This document shows positions 52,983 through 63,298 of a stretch of 64,000 nucleotides of DNA, piece after piece. The stretch is from the IMG/VR virus record IMGVR_UViG_3300044547_000928, positions 3,862-67,861 of that record; one strand, given 5' to 3'. A program made the translations under genes and the position numbers. The stretch comes from a virus. Each line of letters starts with the position of its first letter. The first letter of the stretch is position 1. The notes beneath the pieces are model-generated. The model searched no databases and was not told where the DNA came from. It saw nothing but the letters and a program-made list of their open reading frames with translations.

Positions 52983-53602
52983 CCATTTCTGCTACTACAC
53001 AAGGTTTGAAACCTGGAGTTTGTACTTCAACTAATCGTCCTGCTAACCCGTTTGACGGCATGATGATTTACGAGACTGATACAAACCTTGTGTGTATTTG
53101 GAATGGTACAGCGTGGAAAACATTATCGTATTCTGATTACGCATCAGGTACTGTTTTGCAGGTTGTCAATACACGCAAAACTGATGATTGGGTTGCTACA
53201 ACAGGCACCACCTACACAGATGTAACTGGTTTAAGCGCTTCAATAACTCCGTCAAGTGCCTCAAATAAAGTACTTATTACCATATCATTATGTGCTTCAT
53301 CTGATAGTGGTAACTTTGGCTATGCAAGAATGTTGCGAGGAGCAACAGAAGTTGGTGCAAGTCAAAATCCTGGATATGGCGGGTTTGGTTCTGTTTTGCA
53401 TGATGGCGGAACTACTGGTGGTAACTATTACAAAACAATAAGTACCTCTTTCTTAGATAGTCCATCTACCACTAGTGCAACTACTTATAAGATACAAATG
53501 TGCCACCATTCCGCTGGCGGTATTGTTTCTGTAAACCGCCGTGCTGGTTTTACTGGAATATTTGGAACTTCAACTATTACATTGCAAGAGATTGCGGGTT
53601 AA
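52979..53602 (+). CDS. Fibre-tip-like protein
   Basis: Same N-terminal module; VLQVV, ITP.S..NKVL, DSP.TTSA.TYK. Confidence 0.8.
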   Translation: MTISATTQGLKPGVCTSTNRPANPFDGMMIYETDTNLVCIWNGTAWKTLSYSDYASGTVLQVVNTRKTDDWVATTGTTYTDVTGLSASITPSSASNKVLITISLCASSDSGNFGYARMLRGATEVGASQNPGYGGFGSVLHDGGTTGGNYYKTISTSFLDSPSTTSATTYKIQMCHHSAGGIVSVNRRAGFTGIFGTSTITLQEIAG

Positions 53603-53604
53603 TT

Positions 53605-54789
53605 ATGCCTTTGTCATCTGTTGTTGGAGCACAGTCGATTGTTAAGCCTGGTGTGTGTACTAGTACCACTAAGCCCGCATCACCGTTTGATGGTCAGGTT
53701 ATTTATATGACTGATGTTGACCAGACAGCGGTGTGGGATGGTTCACAGTGGACTGTGTTGGCTCCTATTGCTGGTGGTCGTAATGTGATTATCAATGGCG
53801 ATATGCAGGTTGCACAACGAGGAACAAGTTTTTCATTCCCTTCTGCTGGTGGTGGTTTTTGGTGGGGCGCAGATAGGTTCAGCACTCTTGACTACACCTG
53901 GACTGCTGGTTCAAATATCACAGTTTCTCAAGAAACATCTGTAGTGCCAACTGGTTTCAATTCAGCGTACAAAATTGCTACTGGTGCGACTGGTTTAACT
54001 TTTGGTTCTGGTGGTGTTATGCGAATCAGAACCCTTATTGAGGGCTTCAATATGCGTGCGCATTATTCCAAAACGATGACTTTATCGTTTTGGGTTCGTT
54101 CAAGTATTGCTGGAACATACAACTTGTTTTTAGAAAATGGCAACTGGGATGCCAGTACGACAACTCGTGCCTTTCAGCCCGAATACACAATCAGCGCAGC
54201 AAATACTTGGGAAAAGAAAACAATTACTATTGATATGGCTTCGGCAACATCGGCTGGTACATGGGGTACAACCAATGGTATTGGTTTAGGCATAACTTGG
54301 TGTCTTGGCGCAAACGCAAACAGAACTGGTGACGCATATAAAAGCGCTTGGACAACATATAGTTCTATCCATATGCAAACCTCTACTGGAACTCAATGGG
54401 CAACGAACGCTAATGCTACATTTTACCTAACTGGTGTGCAGTTAGAGGCTGGTGCTGTTGCTACACCATTTGAGTTTGAAGACTACGGGACAACACTCGC
54501 CAAATGCCAACGGTACTACGAGTCTGTCAGTTGGGGCATCTACTATGCGGCTGCACTTGCTGGAACAGACATCTACCTGCCACTCTCTTACAGAGTTACA
54601 AAAAGAGTCGCACCGACCGTGACCCTGCCATCATCAACTAACGCAATCAGAAACACATCAAACGCCAACGCCACCCCAATATATGCTTGGACAACAAACG
54701 GCACAACAGATATGTTCAACATCTACGCTGGAAGCAGCAGTATTTGGGCAATTAACGCAGGTACGGCAACAGCATCGGCGGAACTCTAA
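53605..54789 (+). CDS. Fibre protein with carbohydrate-binding-like domain
   Basis: RN.IINGDM.VAQRG, TLSFWV, GVQLE.G..ATPFE, CQRYY. Confidence 0.82.
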   Translation: MPLSSVVGAQSIVKPGVCTSTTKPASPFDGQVIYMTDVDQTAVWDGSQWTVLAPIAGGRNVIINGDMQVAQRGTSFSFPSAGGGFWWGADRFSTLDYTWTAGSNITVSQETSVVPTGFNSAYKIATGATGLTFGSGGVMRIRTLIEGFNMRAHYSKTMTLSFWVRSSIAGTYNLFLENGNWDASTTTRAFQPEYTISAANTWEKKTITIDMASATSAGTWGTTNGIGLGITWCLGANANRTGDAYKSAWTTYSSIHMQTSTGTQWATNANATFYLTGVQLEAGAVATPFEFEDYGTTLAKCQRYYESVSWGIYYAAALAGTDIYLPLSYRVTKRVAPTVTLPSSTNAIRNTSNANATPIYAWTTNGTTDMFNIYAGSSSIWAINAGTATASAEL

Positions 54790-54962
54790 TGTACAAAATC
54801 ATGCGTTCACGCTCCAATGAAATCATGACTATCAATGTTGAGCAAGCGGATGGGTCTGTAATGTGCATCCCAACCGACCCCGCTAACTCTGACTACCAGC
54901 AATACCTAGCATGGGTTGCTGAAGGTAACACCGCCGAAGAATGGAGTCCTGATGCCACTTAA
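54789..54962 (+). CDS. Small fibre-chaperone-like protein (57 aa)
   Basis: IP.DP.NSDYQ.YL.W..EGN; TAATG coupling. Confidence 0.72.
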   Translation: MYKIMRSRSNEIMTINVEQADGSVMCIPTDPANSDYQQYLAWVAEGNTAEEWSPDAT

Positions 54963-55239
54963 TTTTCCTGACTCCCCAGATACCAACGATATCTACACAG
55001 TAGACACAAGTTCGTGGAAATTTGATGGTGAAAAGTGGCTGATTCTTTCCGCCTCCGCCTCTATAGATACGCTTAATTCGCTCACAGATGTATCTATATC
55101 CTCACCCATAAGTGGTGAGGTTCTAGCATATAATGGCAGTACATGGGTTAATGAGTCTGTGCCGTCTGGAGGCTATCTAGATGGCGGGAACGCCCTTACG
55201 GTTTATGAGAACGAGCCGATTGACGGAGGAGCAGCATAA
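54952..55239 (+). CDS. Structural protein (LNFP.SP N-terminal domain)
   Basis: Third paralog; ends IDGG. Confidence 0.75.
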   Translation: MPLNFPDSPDTNDIYTVDTSSWKFDGEKWLILSASASIDTLNSLTDVSISSPISGEVLAYNGSTWVNESVPSGGYLDGGNALTVYENEPIDGGAA

Positions 55240-57464
55240 TGAGAATTCAGATACGGCGCGATACGGCTCTCAACTGGTACAATGCTAACCCTGTACTCTA
55301 TTCTGGAGAATTCGGGTACGAGACAGATACGAAAAAACTAAAAATCGGTACTGGCAGCAACTGGAACAGTATTGACTATTTTGTCTATGAGGATACCAAA
55401 CTCACAAACCTAAATGATGTCACCATCACCTCTCCAGCCAACGGCGATTTCCTGCGCTACAACGGCTCTGCTTCGGTTTGGATTAATGACCCCATAAACC
55501 TCGCCACAGACACTGTCGGCGATTATGTTTCTCATCTTGTCCAGGGCACTGGTTTAACGATTGTTAACAACTCTGGAGAAGGTTCAACCCCAACAATTGG
55601 CGTGACCCCGAATACATATGATGCATATGGTTCTGCCTCCATTGTGGCGAGCGATTTAATTGGTGAAGTAGAAACAATCTATGAAACCATTGACCTGCTA
55701 ACAACGACAGATATAGCAGAAAGTGGAAATCTTTACTTCACTTCGCAGCGCGCTATCGACGCTACTGTTCTTTCCTATGATGGAGTAGGCAGTGCGTCTG
55801 TTGCAGAAATTTCTGCAGTCAATCAAGCAAATAGTTATACTGATGGACGATTTAGTGCGGTAACTCTTGACGACATATCAAATGTAAGTGCCTCAACTCC
55901 ATCTAGTGGTGATTTCCTAAAGTGGAACGGCACAGCATGGGTCAACGATGCAATTAATCTAGGGACAGACACAACTGGCAATTATATGTCAGACCTTACT
56001 CAAGGCACTGGTGTCACGATTACTCACACACCTGGCGAAGGCTCTAATGCAACAATTGCAATTGGCCAGGCAGTTGCAACCTCCTCATCTGTAACTTTTG
56101 CAGCAGTAAATGCTCCGCTGACTGGAAATGTCACTGGAAATGCAGACACGGCAACAGCACTTGATAATGCACGAACAATCTCGCTAACGGGTGATGTTTC
56201 TGGCTCTGTTTCATTTGATGGTACATCTGATGCGGCTATCTCAGTGACGATTCAGCCAAACTCTGTAGAACTTGGAACCGATACGACTGGAGACTATGTA
56301 AGCACGATTACTGCTGGTACTGGCGTAACAGTTACTGGTGGAACTGGAGAAACATCAACTCCGACAGTTGCCATTGGGCAAGATGTTGCTACTAGCGCAT
56401 GTGTAGTATTCCATCAGTTAGAGACTACTGGCAGTTTGATTGTTGGCCAGAACATCTATGTAAGCGGTTCTGTTGTTACAGAAAACCAAGTAAGTTTAGT
56501 AATTGACGACCCATTTATTTATTTGGCAAGTTCTGGAAGTGTTGCGAACACAGACTTCGGAATCGCTGGAAACTACAACGATGGCACATATCACCACTCT
56601 GGTGTGTTCAGGGATGCAACAGACGGAAAGTGGAAGTTCTTTGACTCTTATGTCCCAGAACCAGTCCACCCAATTGATACGAGCGATGCTTCTTATTCAC
56701 CAGCACCTGTTGTTGCAGACTTTTTTGAGAGTCTTGTTGCAAATGGTACCGCGCCACTCACGGTTTCATCTAGCACGGTAGTCACAAACCTTAACGCTCA
56801 CCTGCTTGATGGGCAGCATGGGTCGTACTATGCACCGTTGAATAGCCCAACCTTCACTGGCACTGTTTCACTTCCAAACAATACTGTTGCACTTGGCACC
56901 CAGACAACAGGCAACTACATGCTTGATGTTTCTGCTGGAACAGGACTTACTGTTTCGCATACGCAATCAGAAGGCTCAACTGCTACTGTTTCACTTGACG
57001 CAACGCTCGACAATCTATCAAATGTTACTGCTCCGTCACCATCTGACGGTCAGTTCCTGAAGTATGTCTCTGCGTCAACAGCATGGGTGCCAGCAGCGAT
57101 TCCAACCATCAATGCCCTTGATGATATTGGAAATGTCAACGCCCCAAGCCCTTCGGATGGTGAATTCCTTAAGTATGTTTCGGCTTCCACGGCGTGGGTT
57201 CCTGCTGCAATCCCAACCATCAACGCACTTGATGACATCGGCGATGTTTCTGCGTCTACGCCATCATCTGGTCAGTTCCTTAAGTGGAATGGAACAGCAT
57301 GGGTTGCAGACAGCATCCCAACTATCAACGCACTAGACGATGTCGGTGATGTTTCTGCTCCATCTCCAACAACTGGAGAAGTTTTGGCCTGGAATGGTAG
57401 CGCCTGGGCTGATAGCACAGTGGTTCGAGATAATTTGATAAGATTCTACATGGAGGTTATGTAA
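55239..57464 (+). CDS. Fibre protein with Mtd-N-like N-terminus
   Basis: IQ.RRDT..NW...NP.L..GE.G.ETDT...KIG; shaft modules shared with 43535. Confidence 0.85.
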   Translation: MRIQIRRDTALNWYNANPVLYSGEFGYETDTKKLKIGTGSNWNSIDYFVYEDTKLTNLNDVTITSPANGDFLRYNGSASVWINDPINLATDTVGDYVSHLVQGTGLTIVNNSGEGSTPTIGVTPNTYDAYGSASIVASDLIGEVETIYETIDLLTTTDIAESGNLYFTSQRAIDATVLSYDGVGSASVAEISAVNQANSYTDGRFSAVTLDDISNVSASTPSSGDFLKWNGTAWVNDAINLGTDTTGNYMSDLTQGTGVTITHTPGEGSNATIAIGQAVATSSSVTFAAVNAPLTGNVTGNADTATALDNARTISLTGDVSGSVSFDGTSDAAISVTIQPNSVELGTDTTGDYVSTITAGTGVTVTGGTGETSTPTVAIGQDVATSACVVFHQLETTGSLIVGQNIYVSGSVVTENQVSLVIDDPFIYLASSGSVANTDFGIAGNYNDGTYHHSGVFRDATDGKWKFFDSYVPEPVHPIDTSDASYSPAPVVADFFESLVANGTAPLTVSSSTVVTNLNAHLLDGQHGSYYAPLNSPTFTGTVSLPNNTVALGTQTTGNYMLDVSAGTGLTVSHTQSEGSTATVSLDATLDNLSNVTAPSPSDGQFLKYVSASTAWVPAAIPTINALDDIGNVNAPSPSDGEFLKYVSASTAWVPAAIPTINALDDIGDVSASTPSSGQFLKWNGTAWVADSIPTINALDDVGDVSAPSPTTGEVLAWNGSAWADSTVVRDNLIRFYMEVM

Positions 57465-57826
57465 TGGCATTAACACAAAAGCGCTTGGTTGGCCCAACCC
57501 AACTGACCACAACAACATCTACGGTTCTCTACACGACGCCGATTAGCACCACGACCATTGCAAAGCAGATTATTTTGTGCAATACGACTGGCAGCGCCGT
57601 GACTGTAACTCTTGCCCTAAAGCCATTAAATGTTACTCAGGCAACATCGCACAACTTCACAAGTGCACTTTCACTGGCGGCAAACGAAACCATTACGATT
57701 TCAACTTCTTTGGTTTTGAACAATAACGGAAGCACTGCAAACGCTACAAATAGCGACCAAATCATTGGTTATGCAAGTTCAAACACAGCAGTAAACATTA
57801 TTGTAACTGGTATCGAGGAGTCGTAA
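57464..57826 (+). CDS. Small beta-rich structural protein, paralog A3
   Basis: RL.GP.QL.T, KQI.L.NT. Confidence 0.8.
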   Translation: MALTQKRLVGPTQLTTTTSTVLYTTPISTTTIAKQIILCNTTGSAVTVTLALKPLNVTQATSHNFTSALSLAANETITISTSLVLNNNGSTANATNSDQIIGYASSNTAVNIIVTGIEES

Positions 57827-58560
57827 TGGCATCGTTCGTTCGCTTAAATGGAACGACAATATCAACTGCAGAAAGTACATCTACAATTTCAAGTACATGG
57901 ACAAATGTGGTTGATTATGTAAATGTTCCTGACCCTATTTATAACTCTGGCTCAGATGGAACTGCAACCATATCTAGCAACACCTCATTATCAGAAGATA
58001 AGTTTTACACAAACTTGACTATTGATGACGGTGTCACTCTTGCAACAAATGGATATAGGCTTTTTGTGCGCAATGTCCTCACCCTTGGTTCTGGTTCCAG
58101 AATTGGCTATACGACTGGGTATTCAACTGCTGGAACATTGGGCCAAGGTGGCGCCACAAGTGCCGCTGTAACTCACAGTCTTGGCGGAAATAGCGCTACG
58201 CATACTGCCACCGCCCCATCAGCAGCGCTTGGTGGCTCGCTCTACTATCAACAACCACTCCAAGCGGTAAGAGGATGGGCTGTGTCTGCGGCTAGTCCAA
58301 CACCAACATTTCTTCGCGGTGGTGCTGGTGGAACCGTTGGAGTCGGCGGCGGAGTAGTCATGGTTGTAGCAAGATATATAACAGTTTCATCTGGAACTGC
58401 ATATATTTCTGCCCCTGGAACAGCGGGTGCTGGCGGAGGTGGAGGCGGTGCTATTTTAATCATCTCTTCAGCATCAAGTCTTAATGCCTCAGTATCCACG
58501 GATGTGAGTGGAGGCACTGGCTGTGCTTCTGGAACTGTATACTACATGCAGGTCGCATAA
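57826..58560 (+). CDS. Gly-rich structural protein
   Basis: G.DG...IS.N..L....Y.NLT...G.TL.TNG...FV module shared with 58560. Confidence 0.8.
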   Translation: MASFVRLNGTTISTAESTSTISSTWTNVVDYVNVPDPIYNSGSDGTATISSNTSLSEDKFYTNLTIDDGVTLATNGYRLFVRNVLTLGSGSRIGYTTGYSTAGTLGQGGATSAAVTHSLGGNSATHTATAPSAALGGSLYYQQPLQAVRGWAVSAASPTPTFLRGGAGGTVGVGGGVVMVVARYITVSSGTAYISAPGTAGAGGGGGGAILIISSASSLNASVSTDVSGGTGCASGTVYYMQVA

Positions 58561-59948
58561 TGGCAAAATTTAGATTTAACACACCATCAAACAAGGCTGC
58601 CCAAAACGATAGGGCAATAAAAATGTTTGGCAACGGCGCTGACGGAAATGTCATCATTTCCACCAATCAGACAATATCAAGAGATATGTATTACAACAAC
58701 CTAACTGTTAATAATGGAATTACTTTATTTACAAATGGTTTTAAAATATTTGTAAAGGGAACTCTTGAAAACAATGGCACAGTAGGAATGCCTAGCGGAA
58801 CTTCGCAAACAACATCGGTTCTTGCTGGAAGCGTGATGACGCGAGATGACGGAACTGCTGGGTACGACTCGGCTGATGCCATTGACGGAAGTATTGCCTC
58901 TATTGCTTCAATTGATGATTTTGATGCTCTTATTTATGGAGTACGCCAAACTGGACTTCAGATTAGGCGTTGGTACCCTGGTTCAAAAGGTGCTGACGGT
59001 GCTGACGGTACTGACGGTACTGACGGTACGGCAAATCCTGGCTCCGCTGGTTCTGGAGGCGGTTCTGGCTCAGGAAACGCAGGAACCGCTGGAACAAAAG
59101 GGTCAAAGGGAACTGCTGGTACATTTGGTCAGTCTGGCGGTTCAGTAGTAATTGTTGCAAATAACATTATTGGAAGCGGTACTTTTGTAAGCCAAGGAAC
59201 ATCTGGAACATCTGGAACATCTGGAGGCTCTGGCAACCCTGGGGTCGCTGGAAATGCTGGAACCACAATTGCTGCTGCTCCGTTTCATAATCCAGGTGGG
59301 CATAATCCAGGTGGGCATAATCCTGGCGGTCATAACCCATCAGGCGTAAACCCACATTCTGACACTGGTAGTGGCGCAACGGCTAACCCACATACAGATA
59401 CTGGAGCAGGTGGACACCCAGGAAACACTTTTACATTCTCAAACCCAAACCATCAACACCCACATACCGTTCCTGGAAACCCTGGGCATAACGCAGGTAG
59501 ACATGTCGCCGCCCACCACCGCCCAGCAAGAAATTCTCCGCCAAAGGTATCAGCGGCACACGACCCTGCACACTTCACGCCAGGAAACCCATTCCATAAC
59601 GCAAGCCACCACACGCACAAGGGACATAGTCATCCAAAAAGCAACCCCCCAGTAGCGAATTATCATGCCCCTGGAAATCACAACGCGAATACACATGTCG
59701 CTGGAAACCCACATCCAGGAAACCCACACCCAGGAAACCCACACCCAGGAAACCCACATCCTGGAAATCCTGGACATAACCCAGATTACCCAGGAGGCGC
59801 TGGAGGAACTGCAAACCCTGGAAATGCTGGAAACCCTGGAACTTCTGGAAACCCTGGAGCCCCTGGCACTCTTGTTGTATTTACAAGAAATATTTCTAGC
59901 CACATTGCTAACTCAAATGTGACTATAATCAAAGATATAGATTCATAA
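58560..59948 (+). CDS. Structural protein with Gly-X-X tracts and a His/Pro/Asn/Gly repeat insert
   Basis: HNPGG x3 and GNPHP x4 repeats; about 30 His in about 170 aa. Confidence 0.82.
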   Translation: MAKFRFNTPSNKAAQNDRAIKMFGNGADGNVIISTNQTISRDMYYNNLTVNNGITLFTNGFKIFVKGTLENNGTVGMPSGTSQTTSVLAGSVMTRDDGTAGYDSADAIDGSIASIASIDDFDALIYGVRQTGLQIRRWYPGSKGADGADGTDGTDGTANPGSAGSGGGSGSGNAGTAGTKGSKGTAGTFGQSGGSVVIVANNIIGSGTFVSQGTSGTSGTSGGSGNPGVAGNAGTTIAAAPFHNPGGHNPGGHNPGGHNPSGVNPHSDTGSGATANPHTDTGAGGHPGNTFTFSNPNHQHPHTVPGNPGHNAGRHVAAHHRPARNSPPKVSAAHDPAHFTPGNPFHNASHHTHKGHSHPKSNPPVANYHAPGNHNANTHVAGNPHPGNPHPGNPHPGNPHPGNPGHNPDYPGGAGGTANPGNAGNPGTSGNPGAPGTLVVFTRNISSHIANSNVTIIKDIDS

Positions 59949-59963
59949 CGAAAAGGGTAAAAA

Positions 59964-60569
59964 ATGAAGCCAATTGAACTTGCAACATGTATTTATGTGT
60001 ACGAGAACGCATTCAAACCAGCAAACTGCATTGAGTTGCTGGAACAAGAGTGCAAGCAAGAATGGGGATATGTTCAGTGGTTTAGGTCCCAAACTGGTGA
60101 TGATAATACAGCGACCGTTAGTTCTTACCGCTCTTCTTTGGGTTGTGAACTATCTCCATTGTTTACAGATGTTCAAGATATACAGGTAGAAAGAGTAAAA
60201 CCTCTTGCTGGATTAGTGCAAGGCATATCTGAGCAACTAGAAAATTCTGTCTGGCACTACAGAAACTCTTTTAATATAGATGTAACAGAAAATGAGGGTT
60301 ACAGAATCCTTAAGTACGGTTCTGGCGCAGAGTACAGAGGCCATGTTGACCACCATAAGGATAACGGAAGAGTATTCAGCCTTGTTGGATTTATGAACGA
60401 TGTTGAAGATGGTGGAGAACTTACATTTCCATTACTTGATGTAACAGTAAAACCGAAGGCTGGTTCGGTTGTGTTTTTCCCAAGCAATTTCCCATATTTC
60501 CATTACGCTAATCCAGTTGGGGAAAATAGCCAAGAGATAAAATATTCAATTGTTTCATGGTTTAGGTAA
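59964..60569 (+). CDS. 2OG-Fe(II) oxygenase, prolyl-hydroxylase-like
   Basis: ILKY, H.D, N....GGEL.F, FPS...Y.H...PV, KY. Confidence 0.9.
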   Translation: MKPIELATCIYVYENAFKPANCIELLEQECKQEWGYVQWFRSQTGDDNTATVSSYRSSLGCELSPLFTDVQDIQVERVKPLAGLVQGISEQLENSVWHYRNSFNIDVTENEGYRILKYGSGAEYRGHVDHHKDNGRVFSLVGFMNDVEDGGELTFPLLDVTVKPKAGSVVFFPSNFPYFHYANPVGENSQEIKYSIVSWFR

Positions 60570-60570
60570 A

Positions 60571-62049
60571 ATGCAAAAACACATTTGTATTGTTGGCTCT
60601 GGAACCGCTGGTTTAGTTACTGCAATAATTGCTCGCGGTTTTTTCCCATCCTATAAAATAACTGTCGTATCCTCATCTGAAATCGGAATCATTGGTGTCG
60701 GTGAAGGCTCAACCGAGCACTGGAGACAGTATTTTACAGACCCACACAATATCGATGTGAATCAAATGGTTCGTGCATGTGCTGCAACGCACAAGTACGG
60801 AATTAGATTTGAAAATTGGACAAACCACACTCCAGACTATTTCCATAGCGTCTCACAGGGCGGTTTTGGACCAAACGATTATTACTCAAATTATGCATTC
60901 TGCCTTGAGAACGGTTGGCCACTAACTGCTGCGGCAAACTCAGACCATCTATGGGAAAATAAAGTTATTGAAATGGAAGACCCACTTCAGCAACACTATA
61001 CAACAAATCAATTTCATTTTGATACCTTTAAATTGAATAACTATCTTAAGCATGTTTCGGGAGAGAGGGACATTGCTCTGCATGAAGGAATTGTTGAAAA
61101 AATAGAGCGAAATCCAGAAAACGGATTTATTACCTCGATTTCAACTGACACAGGACTGAGCATTGCTGCAGATTTTTATATTGATGCAACTGGATTTAAG
61201 CGCGTGCTTATGTCGCAACTTGTTGAAGACGATACATTTATTTCATACAGAGACTATTTGCCTACGGACTCTGCTGCAGTATTCCAAACACCGTTAGATG
61301 AGTCTGGTGAAATCCGACCATATACAAGAGCAAGAGCACTGGCCAATGGTTGGGTGTTTGAAATACCCACACAGGAACGCCGAGGAAATGGATATATCTT
61401 TGCATCTGATTTTTGTTCAGACGACCAAGCAGTAAAAGAACTATCCGAAGCATACGGTAGGGAAATAACCCCAGCAAGAATTATTAGGTATAAGTCTGGG
61501 TATTTTAAGCATTCATTTGAGTTCAATTGCGCATCAGTTGGTCTTGCGTCATCGTTCGTTGAACCGCTTGAGGCAACATCAATATCTACATCAATCCAGC
61601 AAGCAAGAATGATTTGTGCAGTTTTGCCAACATTCGGTCCGTCATCTGTGAAGCAGGTTGAGCACTATAGAAAAACATTTGATTTGCTTATGGACAATAT
61701 CCTGACCATGATTTCTCTTCATTACATATCAGATAGAGATGATTCTGATATGTGGATTGCCCAGAAAAATGCAAAACTTCCAGATACGCTAAGTCATCTT
61801 CTTGGACTTTGGAAAGAGCGGATACCCCTAGATACAGATGTTCCTAAGTTCGGATATGAACTTTTCTATACTGCGCACTTGTGGCATGTCGCCCAGGGTC
61901 AAGGTGTTTTATCAAAAGAGACTGCATCAATGGGGCTTGATGCATATCAGTCCAGAGAACCTATAATTAAGCACTACACATCTTCGAGATTAATGGCAAT
62001 TCAAAGGAAGAGGGTCCCCCATGCGTCTATTTTCAAACATCCGAAATAA
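60571..62049 (+). CDS. Flavin-dependent halogenase, tryptophan halogenase family
   Basis: G.GTAG, IGVGE, AT.K.GI.F..W, DATGF, W.F.IP, F.EPLE. Confidence 0.9.
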   Translation: MQKHICIVGSGTAGLVTAIIARGFFPSYKITVVSSSEIGIIGVGEGSTEHWRQYFTDPHNIDVNQMVRACAATHKYGIRFENWTNHTPDYFHSVSQGGFGPNDYYSNYAFCLENGWPLTAAANSDHLWENKVIEMEDPLQQHYTTNQFHFDTFKLNNYLKHVSGERDIALHEGIVEKIERNPENGFITSISTDTGLSIAADFYIDATGFKRVLMSQLVEDDTFISYRDYLPTDSAAVFQTPLDESGEIRPYTRARALANGWVFEIPTQERRGNGYIFASDFCSDDQAVKELSEAYGREITPARIIRYKSGYFKHSFEFNCASVGLASSFVEPLEATSISTSIQQARMICAVLPTFGPSSVKQVEHYRKTFDLLMDNILTMISLHYISDRDDSDMWIAQKNAKLPDTLSHLLGLWKERIPLDTDVPKFGYELFYTAHLWHVAQGQGVLSKETASMGLDAYQSREPIIKHYTSSRLMAIQRKRVPHASIFKHPK

Positions 62050-62890
62050 TAAAAATGGGTTAGTAAAAGCAGATACATGGGACCAAATACCAGAGGTTAA
62101 ACCAAACGAACTTTTGATTGTCCCATCAACAAATCATTTATACCATCCGCGAATTTCCGCTTATGCAAATAATACAAAATCACCAGAGTGGTATGAGCAG
62201 TTAGAGAAAAGAGACTTTGGTCTTCGTAGGTGTGCTGGTTTATCTGATTTTTTGCGCTCTGGATACACGATTCCAATGTGGGCAAATGTAAGCATTAGAC
62301 CCCCTATAAGCAAGTTGAATCCTAACTGGGATGCCAAATTTGATAACATAAGTAGCACGGTTTTTAGTGCTGGAGAACTCTCTGATAAAGAAAAAGCCTT
62401 TTATTTTTCAGACGAATCGCTCGCTGTTAATCAATTTGGGTTTAACCAAACTGGTGAGTGCCCTATGTCAAATGACAGAAAACTAAGCAAATCTAATTAT
62501 GTAAAGTTGTTGAACCCCTGGCTAATAAAAACAGCACCAGGATATTCATCATTATTTTTAGGAATACAGTGGGAGCCAAACCATGACTACCAAGTCATGG
62601 CTGGGGTAGTCAATACTGACTACTACCATCATGCAAATATAGTCTTGAATATAAAAGGAAATAGCGCCTTCTCAATCAAAGAAGGTACCCCAATTTACCA
62701 TGTAATACCATTCAAGCGCGAAGATATTTCAAAGAAAGCAACATTAAAACGAGGAGATTCCGCAATGCACTACTTGCTTGATGACCTCGGATTTGATGGC
62801 GCATTCAGGTACGAAGATTTTGCTGGAAAATATAAAGCAGAACAAACAAAGATTGATAGAGAATTACGAAAAGAGAAACATAATGGATAG
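62021..62890 (+). CDS. Conserved phage protein found with oxygenase clusters
   Basis: P.WY, C.G..D....GY.IP.W, K..NPW...T.PGYS, G.V.TD.Y, GTP....IPFKR. Confidence 0.78.
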   Translation: MRLFSNIRNNKNGLVKADTWDQIPEVKPNELLIVPSTNHLYHPRISAYANNTKSPEWYEQLEKRDFGLRRCAGLSDFLRSGYTIPMWANVSIRPPISKLNPNWDAKFDNISSTVFSAGELSDKEKAFYFSDESLAVNQFGFNQTGECPMSNDRKLSKSNYVKLLNPWLIKTAPGYSSLFLGIQWEPNHDYQVMAGVVNTDYYHHANIVLNIKGNSAFSIKEGTPIYHVIPFKREDISKKATLKRGDSAMHYLLDDLGFDGAFRYEDFAGKYKAEQTKIDRELRKEKHNG

Positions 62891-63296
62891 AATTGTTTAT
62901 TGTCCCTCTGAGGCTCAAATTGATGATGCAATAAAAATTGCAGAGGAATGGGCGCTACCAATTCAGATTGGCGATTCTCAAAAAACAGAGTCACTCGACT
63001 TTGACAGGGGAAAAGCATCGGTTGTGATGGTCCCAATTAATAACGGCTTTATGATGCATATTCCAGAAAAAGTAAATTTTGGTTATTCAATGGCTTTTGA
63101 CTACCTAAATGATTTTGCCGATATAACTAATTATAAATTAAAAGTATCCAAGAATGGTCAGGAATGCACTTCTTCTTTGCTGGTAAGAGACAAACATTCA
63201 CTTATAGGTTCTTTTATTCCAGGAGAGCCTGGAGATTTTTTAATTGAAGTTTTTGAAAATGGTGAAATAGTTGATTCAGCGCTAGTATCAATTTAA
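62883..63296 (+). CDS. Hypothetical protein
   Basis: Overlapping start at ATG 62883. Confidence 0.65.
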   Translation: MDRIVYCPSEAQIDDAIKIAEEWALPIQIGDSQKTESLDFDRGKASVVMVPINNGFMMHIPEKVNFGYSMAFDYLNDFADITNYKLKVSKNGQECTSSLLVRDKHSLIGSFIPGEPGDFLIEVFENGEIVDSALVSI

Positions 63297-63298
63297 CA

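Noticed and set aside
55239-57464. Diversity-generating retroelement suggested by the Mtd-N-like domain
   Set aside because: No reverse transcriptase and no template/variable repeat pair differing at adenines is visible; the shared repeats differ at synonymous sites.
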